Shown: positions 29,516 to 37,531 of the stretch, one piece after another | Position numbering within the stretch: position 1 is the stretch's first letter | Layout of the letters: each line of letters begins with the position of its first letter | Source: a virus | Lineage: Duplodnaviria; Caudoviricetes | Strand: one strand, 5' to 3' | DNA length: 64,000 nt | IMG/VR virus record: IMGVR_UViG_3300027971_000051 | Location: 2,971-66,970 of that record | Notes under the pieces: model-generated | Database searches by the model: none | What the model was told of the DNA's origin: nothing | Seen by the model: only the letters and a program-made list of their open reading frames with translations | Made by a program: the position numbers and the translations under genes

Positions 29516-30126
29516 TTAAATGCGAGAATAATTCTGGTATCATCTCCATTATGCACTTTACTTTCATGTTGTACCCAAGCTGGGAATAGTAACATATCTC
29601 CATCATTGCAATTGATTTTTTGTGGATCCGTTGTATATTTTGTCGTAGGTGAAGAAAAATCTCTAGGTATCATCTGAGAAAATGGATTTGGTGTACTAAA
29701 ATACGTATCGCCATCATCACCAGACTTTCTAATATAAATTGATGCGGCTAAAATTGCAACTCTTCCATGCAGATGTTTAAATGTTTTTGCTCCTTTTTCT
29801 TGAACATTTATCCAAGAATTAGAAATCACAACTTCTTCAATACCAAAATGCCTACAATATGAATCGATAACACGTTGAATAGATTGTTTTAATCCTTTGC
29901 ATGATGGTATATTTTCGTCAAAATATTCTATCACATTGTTTTGTGTCCAAAACGTGGATTTAGAATTGTCAGGATCACCAAAGGCTCTATGATACCCAAA
30001 GTAGTTATCTGGTAACGATTCTAAAAATTTAATTATATCCGAAAGTTGTTCTTTAGATAATGCATCGATCCCACGAAAAAATGGAGTCGGAAAAAGGTCA
30101 ATTGATTGTATTTTCATATTATGCAA
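29494..30126 (-). CDS. putative 2OG-Fe(II) oxygenase (TIGR02466-like)
   Basis: LFPTP, NSWIN, HLH, LFPAWVQHES and RIILAFN motifs. Confidence 0.85.
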   Translation of the reverse strand: MHNMKIQSIDLFPTPFFRGIDALSKEQLSDIIKFLESLPDNYFGYHRAFGDPDNSKSTFWTQNNVIEYFDENIPSCKGLKQSIQRVIDSYCRHFGIEEVVISNSWINVQEKGAKTFKHLHGRVAILAASIYIRKSGDDGDTYFSTPNPFSQMIPRDFSSPTTKYTTDPQKINCNDGDMLLFPAWVQHESKVHNGDDTRIILAFNCRLKTP

Positions 30127-30715
30127 ATGTGTTAAAAGATAAAATTATTCTGTCTTCATTTGAAGAAACTTCATTGTTGTCGTGAGGAAACCATGATGGG
30201 AATAAAATCATATCAGATTGTTTTGATGAAATTTCTGTTTTGTGGGTTGTATATTTTGTGTCATAGCTTTTATCCATATAATCGATATATGGATTTACAG
30301 AATAAAAAACTGTATTGTCTTGACTATCATTTTTTTTCAAATACAAAACTCCAGATACTGTAGATTTAGGATGTACATGTTTTTTTAGTTTTGTTCCTTT
30401 TGGCTGAATACTCAACCAGGAATTATCTATAGGTTTTGTACTAACCCCATATCGTAAACAATAAGAATTTATTTGCGTTTGGATACTCTCTTTGATATTA
30501 AAACAACTAGAAATGCATTTTTGTATGTCATCTAAAATCAAATCATCTATGGGATATGTAGTTGAAGCACATCCCGTCACTATTCCAACATCAGTTTTAA
30601 ATTTTGTTTTTGATTTTTCTACATAATTTAAAATATCGACTCTTTGTTGTTCCGTTATAAAATTATCATATTTTATGATAAGTGTTGGGAATAATTCAAT
30701 TTCGTTTTTTTTCAT
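30119..30715 (-). CDS. putative 2OG-Fe(II) oxygenase (TIGR02466-like)
   Basis: LFPT, NSWL, HVHP..SGVLY, LFPSWFPH and RIILSFN motifs. Confidence 0.85.
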   Translation of the reverse strand: MKKNEIELFPTLIIKYDNFITEQQRVDILNYVEKSKTKFKTDVGIVTGCASTTYPIDDLILDDIQKCISSCFNIKESIQTQINSYCLRYGVSTKPIDNSWLSIQPKGTKLKKHVHPKSTVSGVLYLKKNDSQDNTVFYSVNPYIDYMDKSYDTKYTTHKTEISSKQSDMILFPSWFPHDNNEVSSNEDRIILSFNTFA

Positions 30716-31931
30716 CTTGAATATTATACATCATTTTTAATTTGTTCATAATACCTAGCGAATTTAAATTACTGTGAAAACTTGCAGGACTCCAAGTGCC
30801 ATAGTGTTCCAACTGCGAACGTGTCATCGGACCATCAGGTTTTGGATATTCTTCTGCATTAATGGATTCTTCAGTAGCAGGTTGAAATTCTAGTTTCGAT
30901 GAATATTTAACTATGTGCTTGAACCAATTTGCACTATCAACCATATTCTGATGACCAACTTTTTTTGCATGTTTCCAAAACTCTGTATCGTATATAGAAC
31001 CTGAAAAATAGTGAATCATGATGACGTTTTCTATTTCTCTGATTTTAGTTGAATAGAATTCATTGGCTCTTTGTGGTGTGACAATTCCCCTAACCGTCAG
31101 GATGGAGTATTGAAAAATATCCATCATCATAGAAATGGATGTTGCTTCTAATGGCTCTAAGAAAAATGAAGAATTTCCATTAAAACTAATTCTATCAGTA
31201 AAATTTTGTTTTCTGTAATAGTTTGGAAATTCAATTGAATTAGTCTTGTCACTAGGTACCAAATTGTACTCATCAAAAATATTCTTAACGTCTTCTTTAA
31301 CTTCATCAAATGTATTGAAATTTTTGTTAAAAATATATCCTATAGAACATCTGTTTCTTAGGGGAACACCAAAGACCCAACCATATGGCCGTGCGATAGC
31401 CAAGGTGTGATTAAATCTTGGATAGTCCCAATAGCATTGCGTAACGTATGCGGCATTTACTGGTATGTATGGCGTTTTGATAAATGAATCGTCAACTATT
31501 GGTCGACCCGAACAATCCATAATATAATCCGCATCAATCTCATCATGAGAATTTATGTGTTTATCTGTCAATTTTATTTGATCCGACACCCTATCTGATA
31601 CATAATCTTGTAGTGCTACCGCATTAAAGTGATATCCAAAATGTCCTGCGCCGAGATTATGATAAAACATTTCTCCTGTCTCACCCCAACCTTGCTTTTT
31701 TAAACCAGTTTTAAATGTGCCGTCAATCTTTTTAATGTCTTCTGACGTAAGACCTAAATGTTTACCAAGCATTTCAGGAAATCCAAGAATCGATCCTTCA
31801 CCAACGGGTTGAGTTTTGATATTGGAATCATATATCCATTCGGTTTCAAAGCCATGACGTTTGTACATCATAGCCGCAGAAATTGCTCCTGCTGTTCCTC
31901 TACCTAAAATCGCAATCTTTTTTTTCCTCAT
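30696..31931 (-). CDS. tryptophan halogenase-like flavin-dependent enzyme
   Basis: GRGTAG, VGEGS, K in TFKTG, DCSG, GWVFGVPL and FLEPLEATSI motifs. Confidence 0.85.
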   Translation of the reverse strand: MRKKKIAILGRGTAGAISAAMMYKRHGFETEWIYDSNIKTQPVGEGSILGFPEMLGKHLGLTSEDIKKIDGTFKTGLKKQGWGETGEMFYHNLGAGHFGYHFNAVALQDYVSDRVSDQIKLTDKHINSHDEIDADYIMDCSGRPIVDDSFIKTPYIPVNAAYVTQCYWDYPRFNHTLAIARPYGWVFGVPLRNRCSIGYIFNKNFNTFDEVKEDVKNIFDEYNLVPSDKTNSIEFPNYYRKQNFTDRISFNGNSSFFLEPLEATSISMMMDIFQYSILTVRGIVTPQRANEFYSTKIREIENVIMIHYFSGSIYDTEFWKHAKKVGHQNMVDSANWFKHIVKYSSKLEFQPATEESINAEEYPKPDGPMTRSQLEHYGTWSPASFHSNLNSLGIMNKLKMMYNIQDEKKRN

Positions 31932-31949
31932 ATACTTCTCTCTATAATT

Positions 31950-32023
31950 TGGCTACCCACCAGGGACTTGAACCCCGACCAACGGTTTTGGAGACCGACA
32001 TGCTGCCATTACACCAGTGAGTA
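31950..32023 (-). tRNA. tRNA-Trp (CCA)
   Basis: TCGGT-CTCCAAA-ACCGT; GCCA end. Confidence 0.93.
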
Positions 32024-32029
32024 TTTTAT

Positions 32030-32572
32030 TCATGGATTTGTTTTTGAATGTGGAAGATCAAATACAAATGTTATTCTATCAATAGTTCCATTATTATCAG
32101 CAGAATGAAATTTCTTATTATTAAACCAGAAAAACGTTCCAGGCTCAATTTGATGCGTTTCACCATCAACTTCATATAGATACGTACCCTGTATGGATAA
32201 ATGATATCTATCTCTAGTTAAGTAATAATTCCCATCATCAATATGTCTACCTACTTTACCACCAGGTTCTAATTTAAAGAATCCGGCTCTAGACGTACTT
32301 TTTATTCCTTGACTTTTTAGAAACTTTTTGACTTCATTATATTTATCATAGAGTGGTGTGCGTTGTTGTAGATTAGAATCTTTAATATTGTCACTTGGAT
32401 TTTTAACTCTACCCATAACTAAAGGAAGAAATCCATAAGGATATACAAGCCCACCGATGTTTGCGTATGTTGAAACTGCTTGCCAATCTTTAGGGTTATC
32501 AAGCAACTGTTGTAAAATTTTTGATACGTCAACATTCTTTTGAATGAATCTAAAATTCTCACTCATCACCAT
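32030..32572 (-). CDS. aspartyl/asparaginyl beta-hydroxylase family 2OG oxygenase
   Basis: HIDDGNYY..RYHLSI, WFNNKKFHSA and RITFVFD motifs. Confidence 0.85.
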   Translation of the reverse strand: MVMSENFRFIQKNVDVSKILQQLLDNPKDWQAVSTYANIGGLVYPYGFLPLVMGRVKNPSDNIKDSNLQQRTPLYDKYNEVKKFLKSQGIKSTSRAGFFKLEPGGKVGRHIDDGNYYLTRDRYHLSIQGTYLYEVDGETHQIEPGTFFWFNNKKFHSADNNGTIDRITFVFDLPHSKTNP

Positions 32573-33218
32573 ACTCCATTAATTCCATGTTGTCTATTTG
32601 TGCAAAATTATATCTGTCGAAATGATCTGCATTTGTTTTACCTACAGGCATAATGTTTGCGCCAACAATAATTCTATACTGAGACTTATTGGGTTTAGTG
32701 AAATGTGATGCCCAAGATGGAAATACTAATAATGTTCCAGGTTTAAAATCAAATGCTTTTTCTTTAACAAGCATTGGTTCTTTATTGTGATTGACTGGTG
32801 GCTGAATTACATATTTTTCAAATGACGAATTGTTGAAAACTGTACCGCCAGCAGAATTATCTATATCAAATGCATAGAACGAACAACCCAAAAAACTATT
32901 ACAATGAACATGATTATGATGTGATGCACCAACACCTTGTCTAGTTGCCCACATACTTGTTATGCCGCACTTGTCTTTGTATCCCATATCAGACATTGCA
33001 TACTTTGCAGATTCAATAATAAACTCTGTCAGTTTACGAATTGCCTGATGCTTATGTAGATTTGGATTTGTAATTTGCAGACCAGAATATTCTCTAGCCT
33101 TAAGATACAATGAATCTTGTGCTAGGTATTTTACTATCAATTCCTGATCGTTCTTAAAATCGGGATATTCAAACTCCCATATTGGAGTGTAAAATAATTT
33201 ATGTAATTCAGCTTTCAT
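32559..33218 (-). CDS. putative 2OG-Fe(II) oxygenase (TIGR02466-like)
   Basis: LFYTPI, SMWAT, HVHCNS, VFPSWASH and RIIVGAN motifs. Confidence 0.85.
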   Translation of the reverse strand: MKAELHKLFYTPIWEFEYPDFKNDQELIVKYLAQDSLYLKAREYSGLQITNPNLHKHQAIRKLTEFIIESAKYAMSDMGYKDKCGITSMWATRQGVGASHHNHVHCNSFLGCSFYAFDIDNSAGGTVFNNSSFEKYVIQPPVNHNKEPMLVKEKAFDFKPGTLLVFPSWASHFTKPNKSQYRIIVGANIMPVGKTNADHFDRYNFAQIDNMELMEYGDE

Positions 33219-33523
33219 TTTTTATATGTTTGTCTGAATTTAACATCCTGCGTTTCTTCGTTGTACTTATGAATTGCATCAAACTCATCATCATACAAAC
33301 CTAATTCTTGACTTACACGAACCATTTCATCTAATGCGGCTTCTTGTCGCTTTTTTGCAAAGGCTTCATAGTCTTCTTTATTTCCCAATTGATATCCTTT
33401 ATCAGAATGAATTTCTTCTGCGGCTTTCATATTCTTGCGAAAGATTGCATCAAAGTTATCTGCAAATTTTTCTTGACTCACGCTAAATGGACGTGGTGCG
33501 CTTCCTTTTCCACCATCACTCAT
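33215..33523 (-). CDS. hypothetical protein
   Basis: MSDGGKGSAPRPFSV N-terminus common in phages. Confidence 0.7.
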   Translation of the reverse strand: MSDGGKGSAPRPFSVSQEKFADNFDAIFRKNMKAAEEIHSDKGYQLGNKEDYEAFAKKRQEAALDEMVRVSQELGLYDDEFDAIHKYNEETQDVKFRQTYKK

Positions 33524-33966
33524 AAAATCACCCTATGATATTCGTAGTTAACTGTGTCCTCATTCTCTCTGAAAACAACTGCGCCATTACGCATATGAAA
33601 ACGTTTAGCCATTTCAGTCTTAGGACTTAGCGTAACGTATCTTTGAATTTCTGGTTTGTTTTCTTTGATATGTTTAACAGCATCAAAAATTAATGTGCGA
33701 CCAGCACCTGGAGCATAACTCCAAATGGTATAAAAGATTGCGACAACTGGTTCAGATGATATCTGAAACAACTCTGTTTCTTTTGTCGGAATTTCTGTTT
33801 GATAACTCACGCATGTGATTGCTTTCACTTGTTCAGTTTCGTCACGCAACACAAAGATATCTTTGTTGTCGCCAACTCTATCAACATGTGGAATATGAGG
33901 GCGCACTGGATCTTCATTCAGCATTCCCATTACACTATCAGTAAACGATTTTATTAGATATAACAT
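33520..33966 (-). CDS. conserved hypothetical protein (possible GNAT-like fold)
   Basis: DPVRPHI, FYTIWSY..GAGR and VTLSPKTEMAKRFH.RNGA motifs. Confidence 0.7.
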   Translation of the reverse strand: MLYLIKSFTDSVMGMLNEDPVRPHIPHVDRVGDNKDIFVLRDETEQVKAITCVSYQTEIPTKETELFQISSEPVVAIFYTIWSYAPGAGRTLIFDAVKHIKENKPEIQRYVTLSPKTEMAKRFHMRNGAVVFRENEDTVNYEYHRVIL

Positions 33967-33996
33967 TTTATACTTTCACTTTATTTCCTAAATTAA

Positions 33997-34071
33997 TGGT
34001 GGAGGATGGGAGGATCGAACTCCCACTTCATGCTTGCAAAGCACATGTGCTCCCATTATCACTAATCCCCC
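33997..34071 (-). tRNA. tRNA-Ala (TGC)
   Basis: GGGGGAT/ATCCTCC with G3.U70; TTTGCAA loop. Confidence 0.93.
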
Positions 34072-34075
34072 AAAT

Positions 34076-34152
<77 letters not shown>

Positions 34153-34161
34153 TATTTATAC

Positions 34162-34236
34162 TGGTGCCGGATGAAGGATTCGAACCATCGACCTACCGCT
34201 TACAAGGCGGTTGCACTACCCCTGTGCTAATCCGGC
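34162..34236 (-). tRNA. tRNA-Thr (TGT)
   Basis: ACCGC-CTTGTAA-GCGGT. Confidence 0.96.
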
Positions 34237-34249
34237 AAAAACTTAAAAC

Positions 34250-34324
34250 TGGCTCCAGAGGCAGGGATCGAACCTACGACCAATTGATTAACAGTCAACT
34301 GCACTACCGCTGTGCTACTCTGGA
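34250..34324 (-). tRNA. tRNA-Asn (GTT)
   Basis: GTTGA-CTGTTAA-TCAAT. Confidence 0.96.
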
Positions 34325-34331
34325 ATGAAAC

Positions 34332-34407
34332 TGGTTGCGGGTGAAGGATTCGAACCTCCGTCTCTCAGGTTATGAGCCTGATAGTCTGACCTCTGACGTA
34401 ACCCGCT
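34332..34407 (-). tRNA. initiator tRNA-fMet (CAT)
   Basis: 1:72 mismatch; CCCGCAACCA end; TCAGG-CTCATAA-CCTGA. Confidence 0.85.
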
Positions 34408-34412
34408 ATAAA

Positions 34413-34865
34413 TTATTTTGGCATTTTTTTCTTTGCCACATTCTTAATGATAATTCCTTTGTCGGCATAAAATTCTCCTACGCCTACAATTCCTTTTTTT
34501 CGATCAACTTGATTCGCCACATCAGCTAATGTTCTAGACTCAATTACCATTGACGGATCAATGATTTCATCGTCTAAATCTCGCAATGCATGGATACATG
34601 TTGCTAGACTATCATCTTCTAATGCTGTTATTTTATGGATGACTTCTTTTTCGATGAAAATAAAAGTTGGTGCGGTAAAAACTTTTGATGAAACCAAATT
34701 ATCATCATCATCAAATTTTTCAACAAGAACTTTACCTTTAGCTAAAAGAGTGCCATGATTATATTCATGGTGATGTCCAATTTCTTGGTCTCCCGTTTTT
34801 TTAAAACTCATTAGTCTACAGTAAACATTGCTTACTGCCAATATTTGTATTTCCGGTCTATTCAT
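34413..34865 (-). CDS. cupin-like protein
   Basis: GHHHEYNHGTLLAKG..HKITALED..CIHALR. Confidence 0.7.
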   Translation of the reverse strand: MNRPEIQILAVSNVYCRLMSFKKTGDQEIGHHHEYNHGTLLAKGKVLVEKFDDDDNLVSSKVFTAPTFIFIEKEVIHKITALEDDSLATCIHALRDLDDEIIDPSMVIESRTLADVANQVDRKKGIVGVGEFYADKGIIIKNVAKKKMPK

Positions 34866-34905
34866 ATATTATCCTATCTATCGAAATTTAATCACACTAA
34901 TCTAA

Positions 34906-35670
34906 TTATGTATAACAAACAAATGTTAAATATTTCATGCCATTTTTTGTATAGTTAAAATACATACCGCTTGTAGTATTCTCAATGAATTTTTTAACAA
35001 TACCATTTGGCATTTTAGGAATATTTTTTTCTAACATCTCTTCACATGCTAAAATAACGTTATTGGTTATGTCAGTCGATATGATATTTTTAAAACCATC
35101 TTCAAATGTCGATAATTTAAGTTCGTCCAGCTGTAATGTTGAAAAACTATCGGTGTAACAAAATACACCATTGGGTTTCAATATAGATTTGACTCCATCA
35201 AAGAACATATTTAGACCCAAAATATGCTTTTCCCGTATAGCGTTACCGCCTCCAATTTTTGAGATTGGATCAGCATATCCATCATAGTAACAATGTGATG
35301 ATTCAACATTTGTGATGATATCAAAAGATTTTTCTTTATATTTTTCCGATAAACTAGTTGCGCTACAAACATCAAATTCTATTCCAGTATGAGTATGTTT
35401 ACAAAAGTCTATGAACTTTTCATTGTAATCACACGCATGAATTTTATTGAATTCTAAAACTTCACTATATGTTTTTACTCCACCGCCTCTTCCGCAACCA
35501 ACATCTAATATTGTTTTTCCTTTTGTATCAATATCATCTAACAATTTTAAATATAACGATGCTGAATTTATAAAAATGTTATTCTCATCTAGCAATTTTG
35601 ATGCGGGAGAATATCCATGATTCATAAAAATGAACCAAGGAGAATCTTCTAAAAATTTATAATTATCCAT
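34906..35670 (-). CDS. class I SAM-dependent methyltransferase
   Basis: FMNHGY, ILDVGCGRGGG, NVESSHCY and LKPNG motifs. Confidence 0.9.
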   Translation of the reverse strand: MDNYKFLEDSPWFIFMNHGYSPASKLLDENNIFINSASLYLKLLDDIDTKGKTILDVGCGRGGGVKTYSEVLEFNKIHACDYNEKFIDFCKHTHTGIEFDVCSATSLSEKYKEKSFDIITNVESSHCYYDGYADPISKIGGGNAIREKHILGLNMFFDGVKSILKPNGVFCYTDSFSTLQLDELKLSTFEDGFKNIISTDITNNVILACEEMLEKNIPKMPNGIVKKFIENTTSGMYFNYTKNGMKYLTFVCYT

Positions 35671-35683
35671 AAGCACCTTTACT

Positions 35684-35759
35684 TGGAGTGAGTGACAGGA
35701 ATCGAACCTGCATTATACGGACTTGCAAACCGTTGCCTAGCCTTTCGGCGCACACTCAC
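35684..35759 (-). tRNA. tRNA-Cys (GCA)
   Basis: ACGGT-TTGCAAG-TCCGT (one T.T mismatch); U73 discriminator. Confidence 0.88.
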
Positions 35760-35768
35760 ATAAAAACT

Positions 35769-35844
35769 TGGCGGTCTTAGGGGGTAACGATCCCCACTCT
35801 TATGGCGTGACAAGCCATCGTGCGTCCATGAACACTTTAAGACC
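35769..35844 (-). tRNA. tRNA-Asp (GTC)
   Basis: ATGGC-TTGTCAC-GCCAT; atypical T loop ATCGTTA. Confidence 0.9.
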
Positions 35845-35850
35845 AAAACT

Positions 35851-35943
35851 TGGTGGAGTAACTTGGAGTCGAACCAAGAATGTTTACCACAAGGGGACGG
35901 ATTTACAGTCCGCCGATGCACACGCCATAGCATCAATTACTCC
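35851..35943 (-). tRNA. tRNA-Tyr (GTA)
   Basis: GCGGA-CTGTAAA-TCCGT; long variable arm; enlarged D arm. Confidence 0.9.
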
Positions 35944-35944
35944 A

Positions 35945-36070
35945 TGGTATTAGATTAGTTGACGCACTATTTGCTACGCTTCAACGGAGTTAGTGGCCAC
36001 TTTACCGTTTATGTTCGTAGTTACTCAGGCTTAGCAATACCCATGGCTTACGTCAACTAATCTAATACCA
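35945..36070 (-). ncRNA. candidate structured ncRNA A (126 nt, 20-bp closing stem, 3' ACCA)
   Basis: perfect inverted repeat 35945-35964/36051-36070 inside the tRNA array; no ORF. Confidence 0.65.
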
Positions 36071-36071
36071 C

Positions 36072-36273
36072 ATTTAATTACACTGGATGATTGACAAAAA
36101 TAACAGTTTTGAACCTGCCCTACCGTGCCGTCCACGGACTTGTCTATCAACCACATTACGGACCAAGTTGTTCCAGCGTGATTCGCTCGTTCATGTAATC
36201 TAGAAGTGCCAGTCCGTCAACTGGTTCTCACTTGTTAAATTACCTACTGGCTTGGTAACCAATGTAATTAAAT
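36072..36273 (-). ncRNA. candidate structured ncRNA B (202 nt)
   Basis: 15-bp closing stem with a G.U on the minus strand; internal CCAGT/ACTGG, CCGTG/CACGG and T-loop-like hairpins. Confidence 0.65.
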
Positions 36274-36274
36274 C

Positions 36275-36350
36275 TGGTACACGATAGGGGAATCGAACCC
36301 CTCTTCCCGCCGTGAAAGGGCGGTGTCCTAAACCGATAGACGAATCGTGC
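36275..36350 (-). tRNA. tRNA-Glu (TTC)
   Basis: CCGCC-CTTTCAC-GGCGG. Confidence 0.96.
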
Positions 36351-36357
36351 ATATATT

Positions 36358-36369
36358 TTTTAAAGAACA
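36358..36369 (-). promoter_or_regulatory. boxA-like antitermination element
   Basis: TGTTCTTTAAAA between the promoter and tRNA-Glu; resembles rrn boxA TGCTCTTTAACA. Confidence 0.6.
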
Positions 36370-36397
36370 TCTGATTGATTTCTCAATCTATGAATAG

Positions 36398-36460
36398 AGT
36401 ATAACACTCTAAACATTTTCTGTCAACAACATTTTCGGTAACTGTTGTTTTTTATTAACA
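36398..36460 (-). promoter_or_regulatory. internal tRNA-array promoter with degenerate upstream palindrome
   Basis: TTGACA-N17-TATACT; TGTTG-N8-TAACA at 36443-36460. Confidence 0.75.
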
Positions 36461-36461
36461 C

Positions 36462-36549
36462 TGGCAGAGAGTATGAGATTCGAACTCATGCACCGCTTTC
36501 GCAATGACGGTTTAGCAAACCGCTCCTTTAACCACTCAGGCAACTCTCT
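36462..36549 (-). tRNA. tRNA-Ser (GCT)
   Basis: GCGGT-TTGCTAA-ACCGT; long variable arm; G73. Confidence 0.95.
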
Positions 36550-36556
36550 ATAACTT

Positions 36557-36648
36557 TGGCGGAAGACGGAGGAGTCGAACCCCATCCCATTTCTGAGAAC
36601 CTAGTTTTCAAGGCTAGTCGGCGGACCATCCCACCTGCATCATCTTCC
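36557..36648 (-). tRNA. tRNA-Ser (TGA), non-canonical 8/4-type fold
   Basis: GGAAGATG/CGTCTTCC acceptor, 4-bp T stem, CTTGAAA loop, long variable arm. Confidence 0.8.
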
Positions 36649-36654
36649 ATATCT

Positions 36655-36730
36655 TGGTAGGACCTAGTGGAATCGAACCACTTTCCATCGCTCTTCAGGC
36701 GACCGCTATGACCACATCAGCTAAAGTCCC
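36655..36730 (-). tRNA. tRNA-Phe (GAA)
   Basis: GTCGC-CTGAAGA-GCGAT. Confidence 0.93.
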
Positions 36731-36732
36731 AT

Positions 36733-36807
36733 TGGCGCACCCTGAGAGAATCAAACTCCCAATTCCTCGTTCGTAGCAAGGTGTGATATTCATTTCACTA
36801 AAGGCGC
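36733..36807 (-). tRNA. tRNA-Arg (ACG)
   Basis: CCTTG-CTACGAA-CGAGG. Confidence 0.9.
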
Positions 36808-36814
36808 TTACATT

Positions 36815-36891
36815 TGGTGCCCTCTCTCAGATTCGAACTGAGACTTTACGGCTTCTAAGACCGTCCTCTCTACCAATTGGAGTAAGAGGGC
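36815..36891 (-). tRNA. tRNA-Leu (TAG) with short variable loop
   Basis: ACGGT-CTTAGAA-GCCGT; 77 nt; A73. Confidence 0.88.
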
Positions 36892-36896
36892 ATTTT

Positions 36897-36970
36897 TGGT
36901 GCTCAGTACAAGAATCGAACTTGTGATAAACGCTTATCAAGCGTCCGTTATACCATTTAACTAACCGAGC
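36897..36970 (-). tRNA. tRNA-Ile (GAT)
   Basis: GACGC-TTGATAA-GCGTT. Confidence 0.93.
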
Positions 36971-36976
36971 AAAATC

Positions 36977-37051
36977 TGGTACCTTGTGACGGGATCGAAC
37001 CGCCGACCTTCTCCTTGTAAGGGAGACACTCTACCGCTGAGTTAACAAGGC
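36977..37051 (-). tRNA. tRNA-Val (TAC)
   Basis: TCTCC-CTTACAA-GGAGA. Confidence 0.96.
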
Positions 37052-37060
37052 AATTTTCTT

Positions 37061-37136
37061 TGGGGTGACCTATGGGATTTGAACCCATCCTATCGGAATC
37101 ACAATCCGAGGTGCTGACCGCTAACACTAAGATCAC
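37061..37136 (-). tRNA. tRNA-His (GTG)
   Basis: TCGGA-TTGTGAT-TCCGA; C73. Confidence 0.93.
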
Positions 37137-37148
37137 ACCAAAGAAAAC

Positions 37149-37223
37149 TGGTAGGGGCACGGAGAATCGAACTCCGATTAATAGGTTAAAAGCCTACTAC
37201 TTTAGCCGTTAAGTTATACCCCC
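37149..37223 (-). tRNA. tRNA-Lys (TTT)
   Basis: GTAGG-CTTTTAA-CCTAT. Confidence 0.93.
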
Positions 37224-37226
37224 ATT

Positions 37227-37301
37227 TGGTGGTGACAGTTGGATACGAGCCAACGACCTCCTGCGTATGAAGCAGATGCACTACCGCTGTGCTATGTCAC
37301 C
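37227..37301 (-). tRNA. elongator tRNA-Met (CAT)
   Basis: TCTGC-TTCATAC-GCAGG; paired 1:72. Confidence 0.88.
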
Positions 37302-37307
37302 ATTTAT

Positions 37308-37381
37308 TGGCAGAGGGTACAAGGATCGAACTTGTGCTAACAGAGTCAAAGTCTGGTGTGCTACCGCTACACTAACCCCCA
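37308..37381 (-). tRNA. tRNA-Gln (TTG)
   Basis: CAGA-CTTTGAC-TCTG; GCCA end; first tRNA of the array. Confidence 0.93.
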
Positions 37382-37401
37382 ACATAAAAAATATGGATGC
37401 A

Positions 37402-37416
37402 AATTGTTAAAGAACG
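37402..37416 (-). promoter_or_regulatory. boxA antitermination element at the head of the tRNA array
   Basis: CGTTCTTTAACAATT closely matches rrn boxA (TGCTCTTTAACAATT). Confidence 0.7.
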
Positions 37417-37440
37417 TTTGTGTTATATTCGATGATATAC

Positions 37441-37479
37441 ACAAAGAAAAACCCCCTAGAGTTTTCAGTCTCTAGGGGG
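37441..37479 (-). terminator. intrinsic terminator of the putative attenuator
   Basis: CCCCCTAGAG-ACTGAAAA-CTCTAGGGGG followed by TTTTTCTTTGT. Confidence 0.9.
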
Positions 37480-37531
37480 CTTGTCTTTGTATTCTCTTTG
37501 GACTTATGGTCCTCAGGTATAACAAGCCCCC
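37475..37531 (-). promoter_or_regulatory. antiterminator helix competing with the terminator
   Basis: GGGGGCTTGT (37531-37522) is perfectly complementary to ACAAGCCCCC (37484-37475), which overlaps the terminator 5' arm. Confidence 0.8.

Noticed and set aside
34153-34160. T4 late promoter TATAAATA between tRNA-Thr and tRNA-Pro
   Set aside because: The start site would fall inside tRNA-Pro; probably chance in an AT-rich spacer.
36557-36648. Selenocysteine tRNA (selC) or opal suppressor
   Set aside because: The termini resemble selC, but the anticodon reads TGA (decodes Ser UCA), not TCA.
36815-36891. Amber suppressor / stop-codon recoding
   Set aside because: Anticodon TAG reads Leu CUA; a suppressor would be CTA. 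Conserved genes are intact in the standard code and use TAA, TAG and TGA as stops.
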